From positions 9,934-73,933 of the forward strand of contig JBKJUS010000107.1 in NCBI GenBank assembly GCA_046590575.1: a stretch of 64,000 bases of DNA. The letters are read 5' to 3'. The notes below the pieces were generated by a model, which was not told the origin of the DNA, did no database searches, and saw only the letters and a list, made by a program, of their open reading frames with translations. This document shows, piece by piece, positions 36,726-44,298 of this stretch (position 1 is the stretch's first letter; every line of letters starts with the position of its first letter). The translations under genes and the position numbers were made by a program. The DNA comes from Mycobacteriales bacterium (GTDB lineage: Bacteria; Actinomycetota; Actinomycetes; BP-191).

Positions 36726-37739
36726 ATGACGGTGACGGAGAGCGCGAAAACGTATCGGCTGACGCAGTTTGCCCACGGGGGTGGCTGTGCCTGCAAGATC
36801 CCGCCCGGCGAGCTCGAGCAGATCGTCGCCGGTCTGGTCGGACTTGATCCGTCCGACGGGACCGCGGAGCTGCTCGTCGGTCTGGACGGGGGTGACGACG
36901 CTGCAGCGGTGCGCATCGATGCGAAGACCGCGGTGCTGTCGACGGCCGACTTCTTCACCCCCGTCGTCGACGACGCCTACGACTGGGGCCGGATCGCTGC
37001 CGCCAACGCGTTGTCGGACATCTACGCGATGGGCGGCACCCCTCTGCTCGCCATCAACTTGCTCGCGTGGCCGCGAGACGTCCTGCCCCTGGAGCTGGCG
37101 ACCGAAGTGCTCAGAGGCGGTTTGGATGTTGCCCGCGAGGCACGCTGCCACGTGGCCGGCGGACACAGCATCGACGATCCCGAGCCGAAGTACGGCATGG
37201 CCGTCACCGGGGTCGCCCATCCCGATCGCCTGTTCCGCAATGACGCGGGACGCCCGGGCGACGTGCTCTCGTTGACCAAGCCGCTGGGCATCGGCGTGCT
37301 TAACAGCCGGCACAAGCAGACGGGGGAGGTTTTTCCCCAGGCCATCGACGCTATGACTTCTTTGAACCGCGATGCGGCAGGTCACGCGCTGGCTGCCGGT
37401 GTCCGTTGCGCGACGGATGTGACTGGCTTCGGCCTGCTGGGCCATCTGTACAAACTCGCGCGCGCCAGTGGAGTCACCGCCGAGATCGACTCCAGCGCTG
37501 TGCCCTATCTCGACGGCGCAGTGGCCGCGGCGCGCGACGGCTTTGTTAGTGGTGGGACGCGCCGCAACCTCGACTGGGTCGACCCGCACGTCGACTTCGG
37601 CACCATGGATGAGGTGCAGCGGCTGCTCTTGGCCGACGCGCAGACGTCAGGGGGCCTCCTCGTCGCCGGTGAGGTGCCGGGCGCGCCGATCATCGGACGC
37701 CTGGTCGCGCGCGACGGAGTGACCGTTCGGGTCCGGTGA
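36726..37739 (+). CDS. selD: selenide, water dikinase SelD (selenophosphate synthetase), Cys-type
   Basis: MTVTESAKTYRLTQFAHGGGCACKIPPG... is collinear with E. coli SelD (RLTQYSHGAGCGCKISP). The active-site residue is Cys, not Sec. Confidence 0.9.
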   Translation: MTVTESAKTYRLTQFAHGGGCACKIPPGELEQIVAGLVGLDPSDGTAELLVGLDGGDDAAAVRIDAKTAVLSTADFFTPVVDDAYDWGRIAAANALSDIYAMGGTPLLAINLLAWPRDVLPLELATEVLRGGLDVAREARCHVAGGHSIDDPEPKYGMAVTGVAHPDRLFRNDAGRPGDVLSLTKPLGIGVLNSRHKQTGEVFPQAIDAMTSLNRDAAGHALAAGVRCATDVTGFGLLGHLYKLARASGVTAEIDSSAVPYLDGAVAAARDGFVSGGTRRNLDWVDPHVDFGTMDEVQRLLLADAQTSGGLLVAGEVPGAPIIGRLVARDGVTVRVR

Positions 37740-37858
37740 AAGGGCGGACGACGTCGACGCGAAGATTCCCGGTGATCAAGACTTGTCTCGACCGCCGCCG
37801 AAGGCGATAGTGCCTATATGTGATCGGCCCATAGGGCCGCCGTTCGCGAGGAGCCGCC

Positions 37859-38107
37859 GTGGTGCTGTGGTGGATCGGCAACGCCGTCCTACTGCTGGTT
37901 GTGGTCCCGCTCGTCGTCATTCTTGCGGACCGACTGCTCAAGCCAGTGCGCGAGATCCGCGCTTACGCCGACGACATCCTCGACCACGGGGTCAGCCTGA
38001 CCAGCGCCCTCGACTCCGTGCCTAAGCTGGTGACGACCACTGAGCTGACGGGCGTCGCTAAGGGCCTCGTCGGTCGCTACGGTGCGGCGCTGCAAAAACT
38101 GCTGTGA
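37859..38107 (+). CDS. small single-pass membrane protein, member 1 of a 5-gene paralogous family
   Basis: 82 aa with an N-terminal TM (WWIGNAVLLLVVVPLVVILA) and a ~50-aa helical tail similar to the following ORFs. Confidence 0.5.
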   Translation: MVLWWIGNAVLLLVVVPLVVILADRLLKPVREIRAYADDILDHGVSLTSALDSVPKLVTTTELTGVAKGLVGRYGAALQKLL

Positions 38108-38150
38108 ACAGCCCCGGCGCCACCATGACAGCCACCCCGGAAGGGACACG

Positions 38151-38429
38151 ATGAGCGCGGCCGCGATTACCACCCTGGTCGGCGTCGGACTGCTCGCCGG
38201 CGCACTGGTGCTCTACCTCAGCATCGTCGCCTACCACCTGTCGAAGGTGAACTTCGCTCTCGGCACCGTCGTCATTGGGGTGCGGGCGATTGCCAACCAG
38301 ACCCAGCCGGTCGAGGCCGTCGTCGGCAGCATCGCCGGCGACGTGGCCGCAATCGACGACGCGCTCAAGGCCTTGGTAGTGCTCGCGACCACTCCGAAGC
38401 CGGGCGTTCGCGCCCGGGCATCCCGCTGA
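38151..38429 (+). CDS. small single-pass membrane protein, family member 2
   Basis: The internal ATG has the RBS aagggacacg. The sequence is MSAAAITTLVGVGLLAGALVLYLSIVAY... followed by a helical tail. Confidence 0.5.
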   Translation: MSAAAITTLVGVGLLAGALVLYLSIVAYHLSKVNFALGTVVIGVRAIANQTQPVEAVVGSIAGDVAAIDDALKALVVLATTPKPGVRARASR

Positions 38430-38454
38430 CCGAACGCTGACGAGAGGACGCCGC

Positions 38455-38631
38455 ATGGCTTACAAGTGGGGTTGACGGGATTCCGACCACACCTGCAGGT
38501 GGCAGGCCAAGGGCGAGACCGAAGAAGAGTTGTTGGCGAAGATCGCTGAGCACGTGAAGAAGAAGCACGCCGTTCACACCGTGTCGGACACCATCGTCAA
38601 CTTCGTGGTTCAGGACGTGAAGAAGACGTGA
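38455..38631 (+). CDS. DUF1059-like mini-protein with in-frame TGA at codon 7 (38473..38475); candidate selenoprotein
   Basis: The RBS gagagga is 6 nt upstream of the ATG. The translation is MAYKWG-U-RDSDHTCRWQAKGETEEELLAKIAEHVKKKHAVHTVSDTIVNFVVQDVKKT. It resembles the DUF1059 layout (Mxx-aromatic-xCxD...C...TEEEL...HAKxxHG) with the TGA at the first conserved Cys. A GC hairpin cacc-tgca-ggtg starts about 14 nt after the TGA. Not in the ORF track because it is under the size cutoff. Confidence 0.5.
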
Positions 38632-38652
38632 GCTCGCCGAAGGAGAGTTCGG

Positions 38653-38922
38653 ATGGATGACCTTGTTGCGGTCAGCCTCAGGGGCTGGTACATCGGATTC
38701 GCCATCGCCGGTGTCGCGATCGCGGTGGTCGTCGTGCTCGTCGCGATCATCATGACGATGGCTCGTCGGATCGCGATCCAGGCGGCGGCCATCACCGAGG
38801 GGCTCGACCAGGCGCGGGTGCACACGCTTGCGCTGTGGGATGTCGCGAAGGTCAACGAAGGCCTGACGAGCATCGTGGGTAGCGCCGCAGCCGCGCGAGG
38901 GGTCTTGGAGGCAAAGCTGTGA
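38653..38922 (+). CDS. small single-pass membrane protein, family member 3
   Basis: 89 aa, TM at IGFAIAGVAIAVVVVLVAIIM. The stop overlaps the next start. Confidence 0.5.
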   Translation: MDDLVAVSLRGWYIGFAIAGVAIAVVVVLVAIIMTMARRIAIQAAAITEGLDQARVHTLALWDVAKVNEGLTSIVGSAAAARGVLEAKL

Positions 38923-39200
38923 ACGTCGCGCTGGCCGACAACGAGATCACCATCTGGTGGGTGACCCTTGGCCTTGGTCTTACCGTCGCGCTCGTGGTCA
39001 TCATCCTGCTCTCACTGCTGACGGGTCTGGTGCGCGACATCGACCACAACGTCGACGACGTGTGGCAGACCGCGACCCGCGTCGCCCGTAACACCACGAC
39101 GGTGTGGATACTTGGTCAGACAGCCGGCCTATCGGCGGCGTTGCGCGACGAGGTCGCCCAGCATGCCGCTCTCTTCGAGGCTAACAAGAGGCGACGATGA
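38919..39200 (+). CDS. small single-pass membrane protein, family member 4
   Basis: 93 aa, TM at IWWVTLGLGLTVALVVIILLSLL. ATGA overlap with the next gene. Confidence 0.5.
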   Translation: MNVALADNEITIWWVTLGLGLTVALVVIILLSLLTGLVRDIDHNVDDVWQTATRVARNTTTVWILGQTAGLSAALRDEVAQHAALFEANKRRR

Positions 39201-39451
39201 CACTGCGCATCACCTTGTCGGTGCTGGAGATCGTTCTGGTCGTCGCGATCCTCGCCTTCTTCCTCATCCGCATCTCTCGCCTGCTCCGGCGCATCTCGAT
39301 CACGCTCGCAAGGGTGACGTGGGGGGTGCGCACCGTGGAGAAGCAGTGCTTCCAGATCGGCCCGGCTGCCGACCGCATCAACGCCAATCTGGCCACTGCT
39401 GCGGCCGGTCTCGAGAGCGCCGCAGTGATGGCCGAGCGTCTCGGTCGCTGA
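39197..39451 (+). CDS. small single-pass membrane protein, family member 5
   Basis: 84 aa, TM at LSVLEIVLVVAILAFFLI. Confidence 0.5.
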   Translation: MTLRITLSVLEIVLVVAILAFFLIRISRLLRRISITLARVTWGVRTVEKQCFQIGPAADRINANLATAAAGLESAAVMAERLGR

Positions 39452-39455
39452 TGCC

Positions 39456-40589
39456 ATGACCGATGGGGACGCGGAGCCAAGCCGCCCCCCCGACGATGAC
39501 GACGTCGCACTTTCCTTCATCCGAGGTGAGTCGGGGAGGTCATCGTCGGACCTCTCGATCGCCGATGACGTCTTGCTCGCCGCAGGGAAGGTGGCGGCGG
39601 CCTTGCGAGTCGGAGCAGCGACGGTGTTCGTGCGCGCGGACCTGCCCGATGAGTTGGCTCATGCGAAGCTTGCTGTCGAGCGGGCGCTGAGCACAGATGG
39701 TCTGCTTCCGCTCGATCAGAACACCGCCCTCGCCTTGCCGGTGGCTCGACGCCTCGCCAGCGTGGAAGCAGCGAGTTGGGACCTCTGGGGCCGGGACCTG
39801 GCCGACGTCTTCGCGTCGCTGCAGGCGCAGGAACCGGCGGGGGTGGCGACCGCGGGCCCGCCGACCGACGACGTCTCGCTGCCCGAGACGGCCGAGGCGA
39901 GTCAGGTCCCGGTCGAGGAGGCGCCACCCGCGATCCTCGCGGATGAGGAGCTGGCTCGGGACTCGCCGGCCGGGGGTCGCACTCTGGTGGTCGCTGGGAT
40001 CGCGGGTGTCCTCCTGCTGGCGGCGCTGGGTGGCACGTTGACCTATGCACTGCGGGAGCGCGACGCAGCACGCGACGGCGCCAACCCCGGCCCCACGGCC
40101 AGCTCAGGCACAGGCGCGTCCACTGCGCCGGAGGCGCTGGTCGACTACACCGACCCGCGTGGGCGATTCACGATGAGTTACCCCGCCAGTTGGCAGCAGG
40201 TGCAGTCAGACGACACCGACATCGCCCTGCTGCTGCTGGCCGGCGGCAGCGACTCGATGCTCGTTCGCCTCGTCCAGTTGCAGCGAGCCATCGACCCTGC
40301 GGATATCGCTGATGTGAAGTCGGTGACTGATGTCATCGTGCAAACCTCGACGGTCCGGGTTCTGGAGGAGAAGCCGATCACCCTGGGGCCAGGAGTGCAG
40401 GGCTACTACTACCTCTACACGTTCACTGACCCAGTCACGAAGCAGGAGGGGGTGCACTCGCACTTCTTCCTCTTCGAAGGCGCGGTGATGCACACGCTGG
40501 TCTTCCAGGCCCTGCCAGGGGATGGCTTCGGAGCCCTCGCTCCTGACTTCGACCGGATCGCTCTGAGCTACCGCCCCGCGAAGACCTGA
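39456..40589 (+). CDS. membrane-anchored hypothetical protein with extracytoplasmic C-terminal domain
   Basis: 377 aa with an acidic N-terminus, a central TM (LVVAGIAGVLLLAALGGTLTYAL) and a C-terminal globular domain. The start is 5 nt after the previous stop. Confidence 0.5.
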   Translation: MTDGDAEPSRPPDDDDVALSFIRGESGRSSSDLSIADDVLLAAGKVAAALRVGAATVFVRADLPDELAHAKLAVERALSTDGLLPLDQNTALALPVARRLASVEAASWDLWGRDLADVFASLQAQEPAGVATAGPPTDDVSLPETAEASQVPVEEAPPAILADEELARDSPAGGRTLVVAGIAGVLLLAALGGTLTYALRERDAARDGANPGPTASSGTGASTAPEALVDYTDPRGRFTMSYPASWQQVQSDDTDIALLLLAGGSDSMLVRLVQLQRAIDPADIADVKSVTDVIVQTSTVRVLEEKPITLGPGVQGYYYLYTFTDPVTKQEGVHSHFFLFEGAVMHTLVFQALPGDGFGALAPDFDRIALSYRPAKT

Positions 40590-40607
40590 CCTGACCTGAC
40601 CTGACCT
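40583..40607. repeat. (GACCT)5 pentanucleotide microsatellite spanning the stop codon of 39456..40589
   Basis: aagacctgacctgacctgacctgacctta is visible directly in the sequence. Confidence 0.8.
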
Positions 40608-40624
40608 TAGGCGGGCGTGACCGG

Positions 40625-41242
40625 CTAGCGGGCGCAGGCCTGCCCGCGAACCGCTGCGCTGCAGTCGATGGAGTTGGCGTGCTCGTTGACGTTGGTGGCT
40701 TGGGCCAGGATGTTGCCCGTGTCGGTCTTGATTCCGCGCACCAGAGAGATGACGACGTCCGCGCGTTGGTTGATCCCCTGCACCCCGTTGTTGATCGATG
40801 TGACGACGGGTGACAGGGACTGGAACGAGCCGAGGATGGACGACGCATTGCGGTTGATCGCCGACGCGGTGGAGTTGATCTGCATCACAGTCGAATTGAT
40901 CGCGGAGGCATTGCCGAGGATCGCCTCGACGTTGCCGTCGATCGCCGTTGCCGCGTCGATGATCTGACCCGCTTGGGCTGAAAGGGGCTCGGCTGCTGCC
41001 AGGATCTCAGCAGTCAACCGGTCTGTGTCGTCGAGCACCGCAGTGCCCGCAGTCTCGATGTCTACTGGGTCCACCGACGTGACGATGTCCTTCACCCGGT
41101 CGTCGATCTGCGCAGCGGCGATCGTCGTCCGGGTCAACGTCGTGACGGCGAAGAGGGCGAAGGCGACCACCACAGTCATGTGCGTGGCAATGATGCCGTC
41201 GTCATTGCGCACGACCCGCAGGCGAGAGGTCATCGATTGCAC
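40625..41242 (-). CDS. single-pass membrane protein with heptad-like xINSTAx repeats and C-terminal Cys pair, paralog 1 of 3
   Basis: TM at VVVAFALFAVTTL. Repeats include AINSTV, INSTASAINRNASSILG and GINQRA. The C-terminus is SIDCSAAVRGQACAR. An alternative start at 41233 would give an ATGA overlap. Confidence 0.5.
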   Translation of the reverse strand: MQSMTSRLRVVRNDDGIIATHMTVVVAFALFAVTTLTRTTIAAAQIDDRVKDIVTSVDPVDIETAGTAVLDDTDRLTAEILAAAEPLSAQAGQIIDAATAIDGNVEAILGNASAINSTVMQINSTASAINRNASSILGSFQSLSPVVTSINNGVQGINQRADVVISLVRGIKTDTGNILAQATNVNEHANSIDCSAAVRGQACAR

Positions 41243-41904
41243 GAGGGCCCCCCGCGGACGGCAGCCGAGTTGCAGATGCTCTCGAGGTGGACGTTGACGT
41301 CCTTCAGCCTGACCAGGATGTTCGCCGTGTCCTGCCGGGCCGGCGCCAGCACGCTGTTGGCGACCGCGACTCGACGGTGGATGTTCTGCACGCCCAGCTT
41401 GTCAGCGGGGTCGTCGGCGTCGATCAGGGTGCCCCGGATGCCCGTGGCCAGCCTGAGCACGGAGACGAGAACGCTGGAGGTGTCCTTCAGCGACCCGTCG
41501 GTGTCCTGCAGGGAGCCGTCGGTGTTCTTCAGCGAGCTGTCGACCGAACTGAGGCGGCCGTTGATCGAGCCAAGAGCGCCGACGATCTGGTCAGCCTGAC
41601 CGGAGATCGGCTTTAGCGCCGTGTCGATGCCGGTCAGGTTCTTGTTCGCGATCTCGATCTGGTCCGGGAGCGTCTTGACGTTGCCGCCGGCACCGGTCAC
41701 CGAACGGTCAGCGACGCCGAGGTTCTTATTGATCGAGGCCAGTGAGTTGGTGATGACCACGAGGTAGACGACGACCACCAGGGTGACCAGTGTCAGCAGG
41801 ACGACCCAGATCTTGATCCAGCGGTCGTAATAGCTCTTGTCAGCGTTGCGGGCGGCCGGTCGGGCGGTGAGCGAACGCTCGTCAGGTGCAGTCGCAATAG
41901 GCAT
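41230..41904 (-). CDS. single-pass membrane protein with repeats and C-terminal Cys pair, paralog 2
   Basis: The internal ATG at 41904 has the RBS agggggac. TM at IWVVLLTLVTLVVVVYLVVI. The C-terminus is SICNSAAVRGGPSCNR. Confidence 0.5.
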   Translation of the reverse strand: MPIATAPDERSLTARPAARNADKSYYDRWIKIWVVLLTLVTLVVVVYLVVITNSLASINKNLGVADRSVTGAGGNVKTLPDQIEIANKNLTGIDTALKPISGQADQIVGALGSINGRLSSVDSSLKNTDGSLQDTDGSLKDTSSVLVSVLRLATGIRGTLIDADDPADKLGVQNIHRRVAVANSVLAPARQDTANILVRLKDVNVHLESICNSAAVRGGPSCNR

Positions 41905-41914
41905 CAGGGTCCCC

Positions 41915-42526
41915 CTAGGCGCAATCGCCGTCGGCGCCACGGGCGCCGCCGAGTCCACGGTCGATGCAGGCGGCCTTCACGTGGGCGCGCTGTGCCTCGG
42001 TGACCAAATTGGTCGTATCGCTGCGAATCAGCTTGGCAATGGCGATGGTGCGGTCGAGGTTGAGGTTGATGAGCTCGACTCCACGGTTGATCCGTTTGGC
42101 GACGTCGAGGATCTGCGCTGCCTCGTTGTTGATCCCGCCGGCCGTGCTGTTAATCGCTCCGGCCGTGCTGTTAATGCTGCGGGCGGTGGAGTTGATGCTG
42201 CCGGCGCTGCCATTGATCGTCCCGGCGAGACCGTTGACCGAGCCGGCTAGGCGGACGATCTCCGCTAGCTTGCCCTGCAGTGGTGAGGCTGAGTCGAGGA
42301 TTGATGTCGCGAGCGCGTTGGTCTTCTCCAGCTGGATGATCGCGTCGGTCGACTCGTTGATGCCGCGCCCGGTGCGGGCGATCCGCTCCGCCTTCTCGTT
42401 GATGCGCTCCGCAGTCCAGGCCGTGCGCTGCAGCAGGCCGGCGGCTGCCACCACCACGACCAGCGTCGCGATCAGCCCGAGGACCGCAAGTCCGGAGTCA
42501 CCTTGAGGACGTGGTCGCGATCGCAT
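41915..42526 (-). CDS. single-pass membrane protein with SINSTAx heptad repeats and C-terminal Cys pair, paralog 3
   Basis: TM at LAVLGLIATLVVVVAAAGLL. Repeats are GTINGSAGSINSTARSINSTAGAINSTAGGINNEAA. The C-terminus is AACIDRGLGGARGADGDCA. Confidence 0.55.
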   Translation of the reverse strand: MRSRPRPQGDSGLAVLGLIATLVVVVAAAGLLQRTAWTAERINEKAERIARTGRGINESTDAIIQLEKTNALATSILDSASPLQGKLAEIVRLAGSVNGLAGTINGSAGSINSTARSINSTAGAINSTAGGINNEAAQILDVAKRINRGVELINLNLDRTIAIAKLIRSDTTNLVTEAQRAHVKAACIDRGLGGARGADGDCA

Positions 42527-42683
42527 GGGTCCAACCTCTCGCAGAGGACGTTCGACACATGCTCGTTACGTCCGTGTTAGCAGTGGCCGAACACTAGGAC
42601 ATAACGGCATATGTGTGAAGCATCTACGAGGGTGATTTGCACCAATCCCACGATTCTTCCCTCTAACGGGGGAGGAGCGGGGC

Positions 42684-42751
42684 CGGCTTACGGTGCGTCC
42701 GGCATCGTGTGCACGCCCGGCTTACGGTGCGTCCGGCATCGTTTACACGCC
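42684..42751. repeat. 34-bp tandem direct repeat, two copies with two mismatches (ccggcttacggtgcgtccggcatcgtgtgcacgc / ...gtttacacgc)
   Basis: Read from the sequence. It lies about 160-225 nt upstream of the start of the minus-strand gene 41915..42526. Confidence 0.8.
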
Positions 42752-43092
42752 CGGGACCGGGAGCGGACTAGCGGGCACGACGCGCTCGCCCGGGGCGTGG
42801 GCAGCGCCCTCGACGCCCGTAGCGCTGTCGTTCTCCATCTGCTCCGCGGCCTCGGCGGCGTCTGCCTTGTCCTCTGCCGTCGGCGGCAGGTTGTCCATCT
42901 GCAGGGGGGGCGGCGGTGGGCTAGGTGTGGAATCTGATTCGGTCACAGGTCCTCCATAGCGTGCCAGTTGGCGGGAGTCTGCCCATTCGCGGTGGCTGAC
43001 AACCGCCGGGTATCCTCGCAATCCCGCACGGGGTAGGTCCGCTCGGGAAATGTCCGCAGGCGCGACCAAAAAGCTGAGGGAGTACCTAGGCC

Positions 43093-43494
43093 ATGGCTGT
43101 GATGCAAGTGGAGTTGGTGTCCGCTGAGCGGCGCCTTTGGTCTGGCGAGGCCGAGATGGTCGTGGCGCGCACGACCGAAGGCGAGATCGGCATCTTGCCC
43201 GGTCACGCCCCGGTGCTCGGCGAGTTGGCCAGCGGGCTGCTGCGCGTGATCCAGGCGGGCGGCTCGGAGGTCGTCGCGGCTATCCACGGCGGCTTCCTGT
43301 CCGTGTCGGCGACCGGCGTGTCGGTGCTTGCTGACATCGCCGAACTTGCTGATGACATCGACCTGGCGCGTGCGCAGGAGGCCTACGACCGGGCCCAGCA
43401 TTCGATCTCAGGCGACGACGACCCTGAGGCGAAGGCCGCCCTGGACCGCGCCGCCACCCGGCTCAAGGCCAAGGGCGTTGCCGTCCCGGCGTAG
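43093..43494 (+). CDS. atpC: F0F1 ATP synthase epsilon subunit
   Basis: [45 protein letters not shown] is the canonical epsilon N-terminus. The RBS is gagggagta. No atpD lies upstream in this window. Confidence 0.85.
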   Translation: MAVMQVELVSAERRLWSGEAEMVVARTTEGEIGILPGHAPVLGELASGLLRVIQAGGSEVVAAIHGGFLSVSATGVSVLADIAELADDIDLARAQEAYDRAQHSISGDDDPEAKAALDRAATRLKAKGVAVPA

Positions 43495-43503
43495 GGCCCG
43501 CCC

Positions 43504-44082
43504 TCAGGCGCCGGTGCCCGGCTTCCAGAGGACATCGGCGCGACCGTCGTCGTTCGCTATCCGAGCGAGGATGAAGAGCAGGTCCGAGAGCCGGTTGAGG
43601 TACGTGGCCGGCGTACGGCTAGTCCGCACCGGTTCGGCCTCGACGAGCGCCCAGGTGAGTCGCTCGGCGCGGCGTACGACGGTGCGTGCAACGTGTAGCA
43701 GCGCTGCCCCGGCGGAGCCGCCCGGCAGAATAAAGCTGTCGAGCGGCGTGAGCCGGGCGTTGAACGTGTCGCATGCCTGTTCGAGTCGAGCGACATAGGC
43801 GTCGGTGACCCGCAGCGGTGCCCACTCCGGATCGGGTACCACCGGGGTGCAGAGGTCGGCACCGACGTCGAAGAGGTCGTTCTGCACCTGGCTGAGCACC
43901 TTGCGTACGTCCTCGGGTAGCTCGCTGAGGGCAAGAGCGACGCCGATAGCGGAGTTGGCCTCGTCCACGTCGGCGAAGGCAGCCAGTCTCGGGTCGGTCT
44001 TGGCCACCCGGCTCATGTCGCCGAGCGCCGTGGTGCCGTCGTCACCGGTCTTCGTATAGATCTTGGTCAGGTGGATCGCCAT
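43504..44082 (-). CDS. PduO-type ATP:cob(I)alamin adenosyltransferase
   Basis: MAIHLTKIYTKTGDDGTTALGDMSRV matches the IYTKTGDxGxT signature. Length 192 aa. The position after atpC matches mycobacterial synteny. Confidence 0.8.
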   Translation of the reverse strand: MAIHLTKIYTKTGDDGTTALGDMSRVAKTDPRLAAFADVDEANSAIGVALALSELPEDVRKVLSQVQNDLFDVGADLCTPVVPDPEWAPLRVTDAYVARLEQACDTFNARLTPLDSFILPGGSAGAALLHVARTVVRRAERLTWALVEAEPVRTSRTPATYLNRLSDLLFILARIANDDGRADVLWKPGTGA

Positions 44083-44111
44083 ACCGCCAGCCTAATGCCG
44101 AGCCCGACCAG

Positions 44112-44188
44112 CCCGACTTCACCCACTAAAACCACCGGGATCGGGCCATTTCGACGAGTTTTGGGTGGTTTTAGTGGGTGAAGTCGGG
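44112..44188. repeat. perfect 25-bp inverted repeat (cccgacttcacccactaaaaccacc / ggtggttttagtgggtgaagtcggg) with 27-nt spacer in the divergent PduO-murA intergenic region
   Basis: Read directly from the sequence. The arms are exact reverse complements and the region is locally AT-rich in a roughly 70 percent GC genome. Confidence 0.8.
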
Positions 44189-44298
44189 TGGGTGGGGCGT
44201 GGTCAGTCTTCGCTGGCCAGGTCGATGGGTCCGTCGACCGTCCGTCGATGTGGGCTCGCAGGTTGCATCGCAGGTGATGCGGCACTCACCATGCCCGG

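Noticed and set aside
36726-37739. Possibility that SelD itself is a selenoprotein
   Set aside because: The active-site region is GGGCACK encoded by TGC codons, with no TGA, so it is Cys-type.
42611-42937. ORF 42611..42937 (+) and small ORF 42743..43069 (-) in the region upstream of atpC
   Set aside because: No RBS, no motif, and they overlap the tandem direct repeat. The minus-strand ORF with PPPPP/acidic composition might be real, but it is not supportable from sequence alone.
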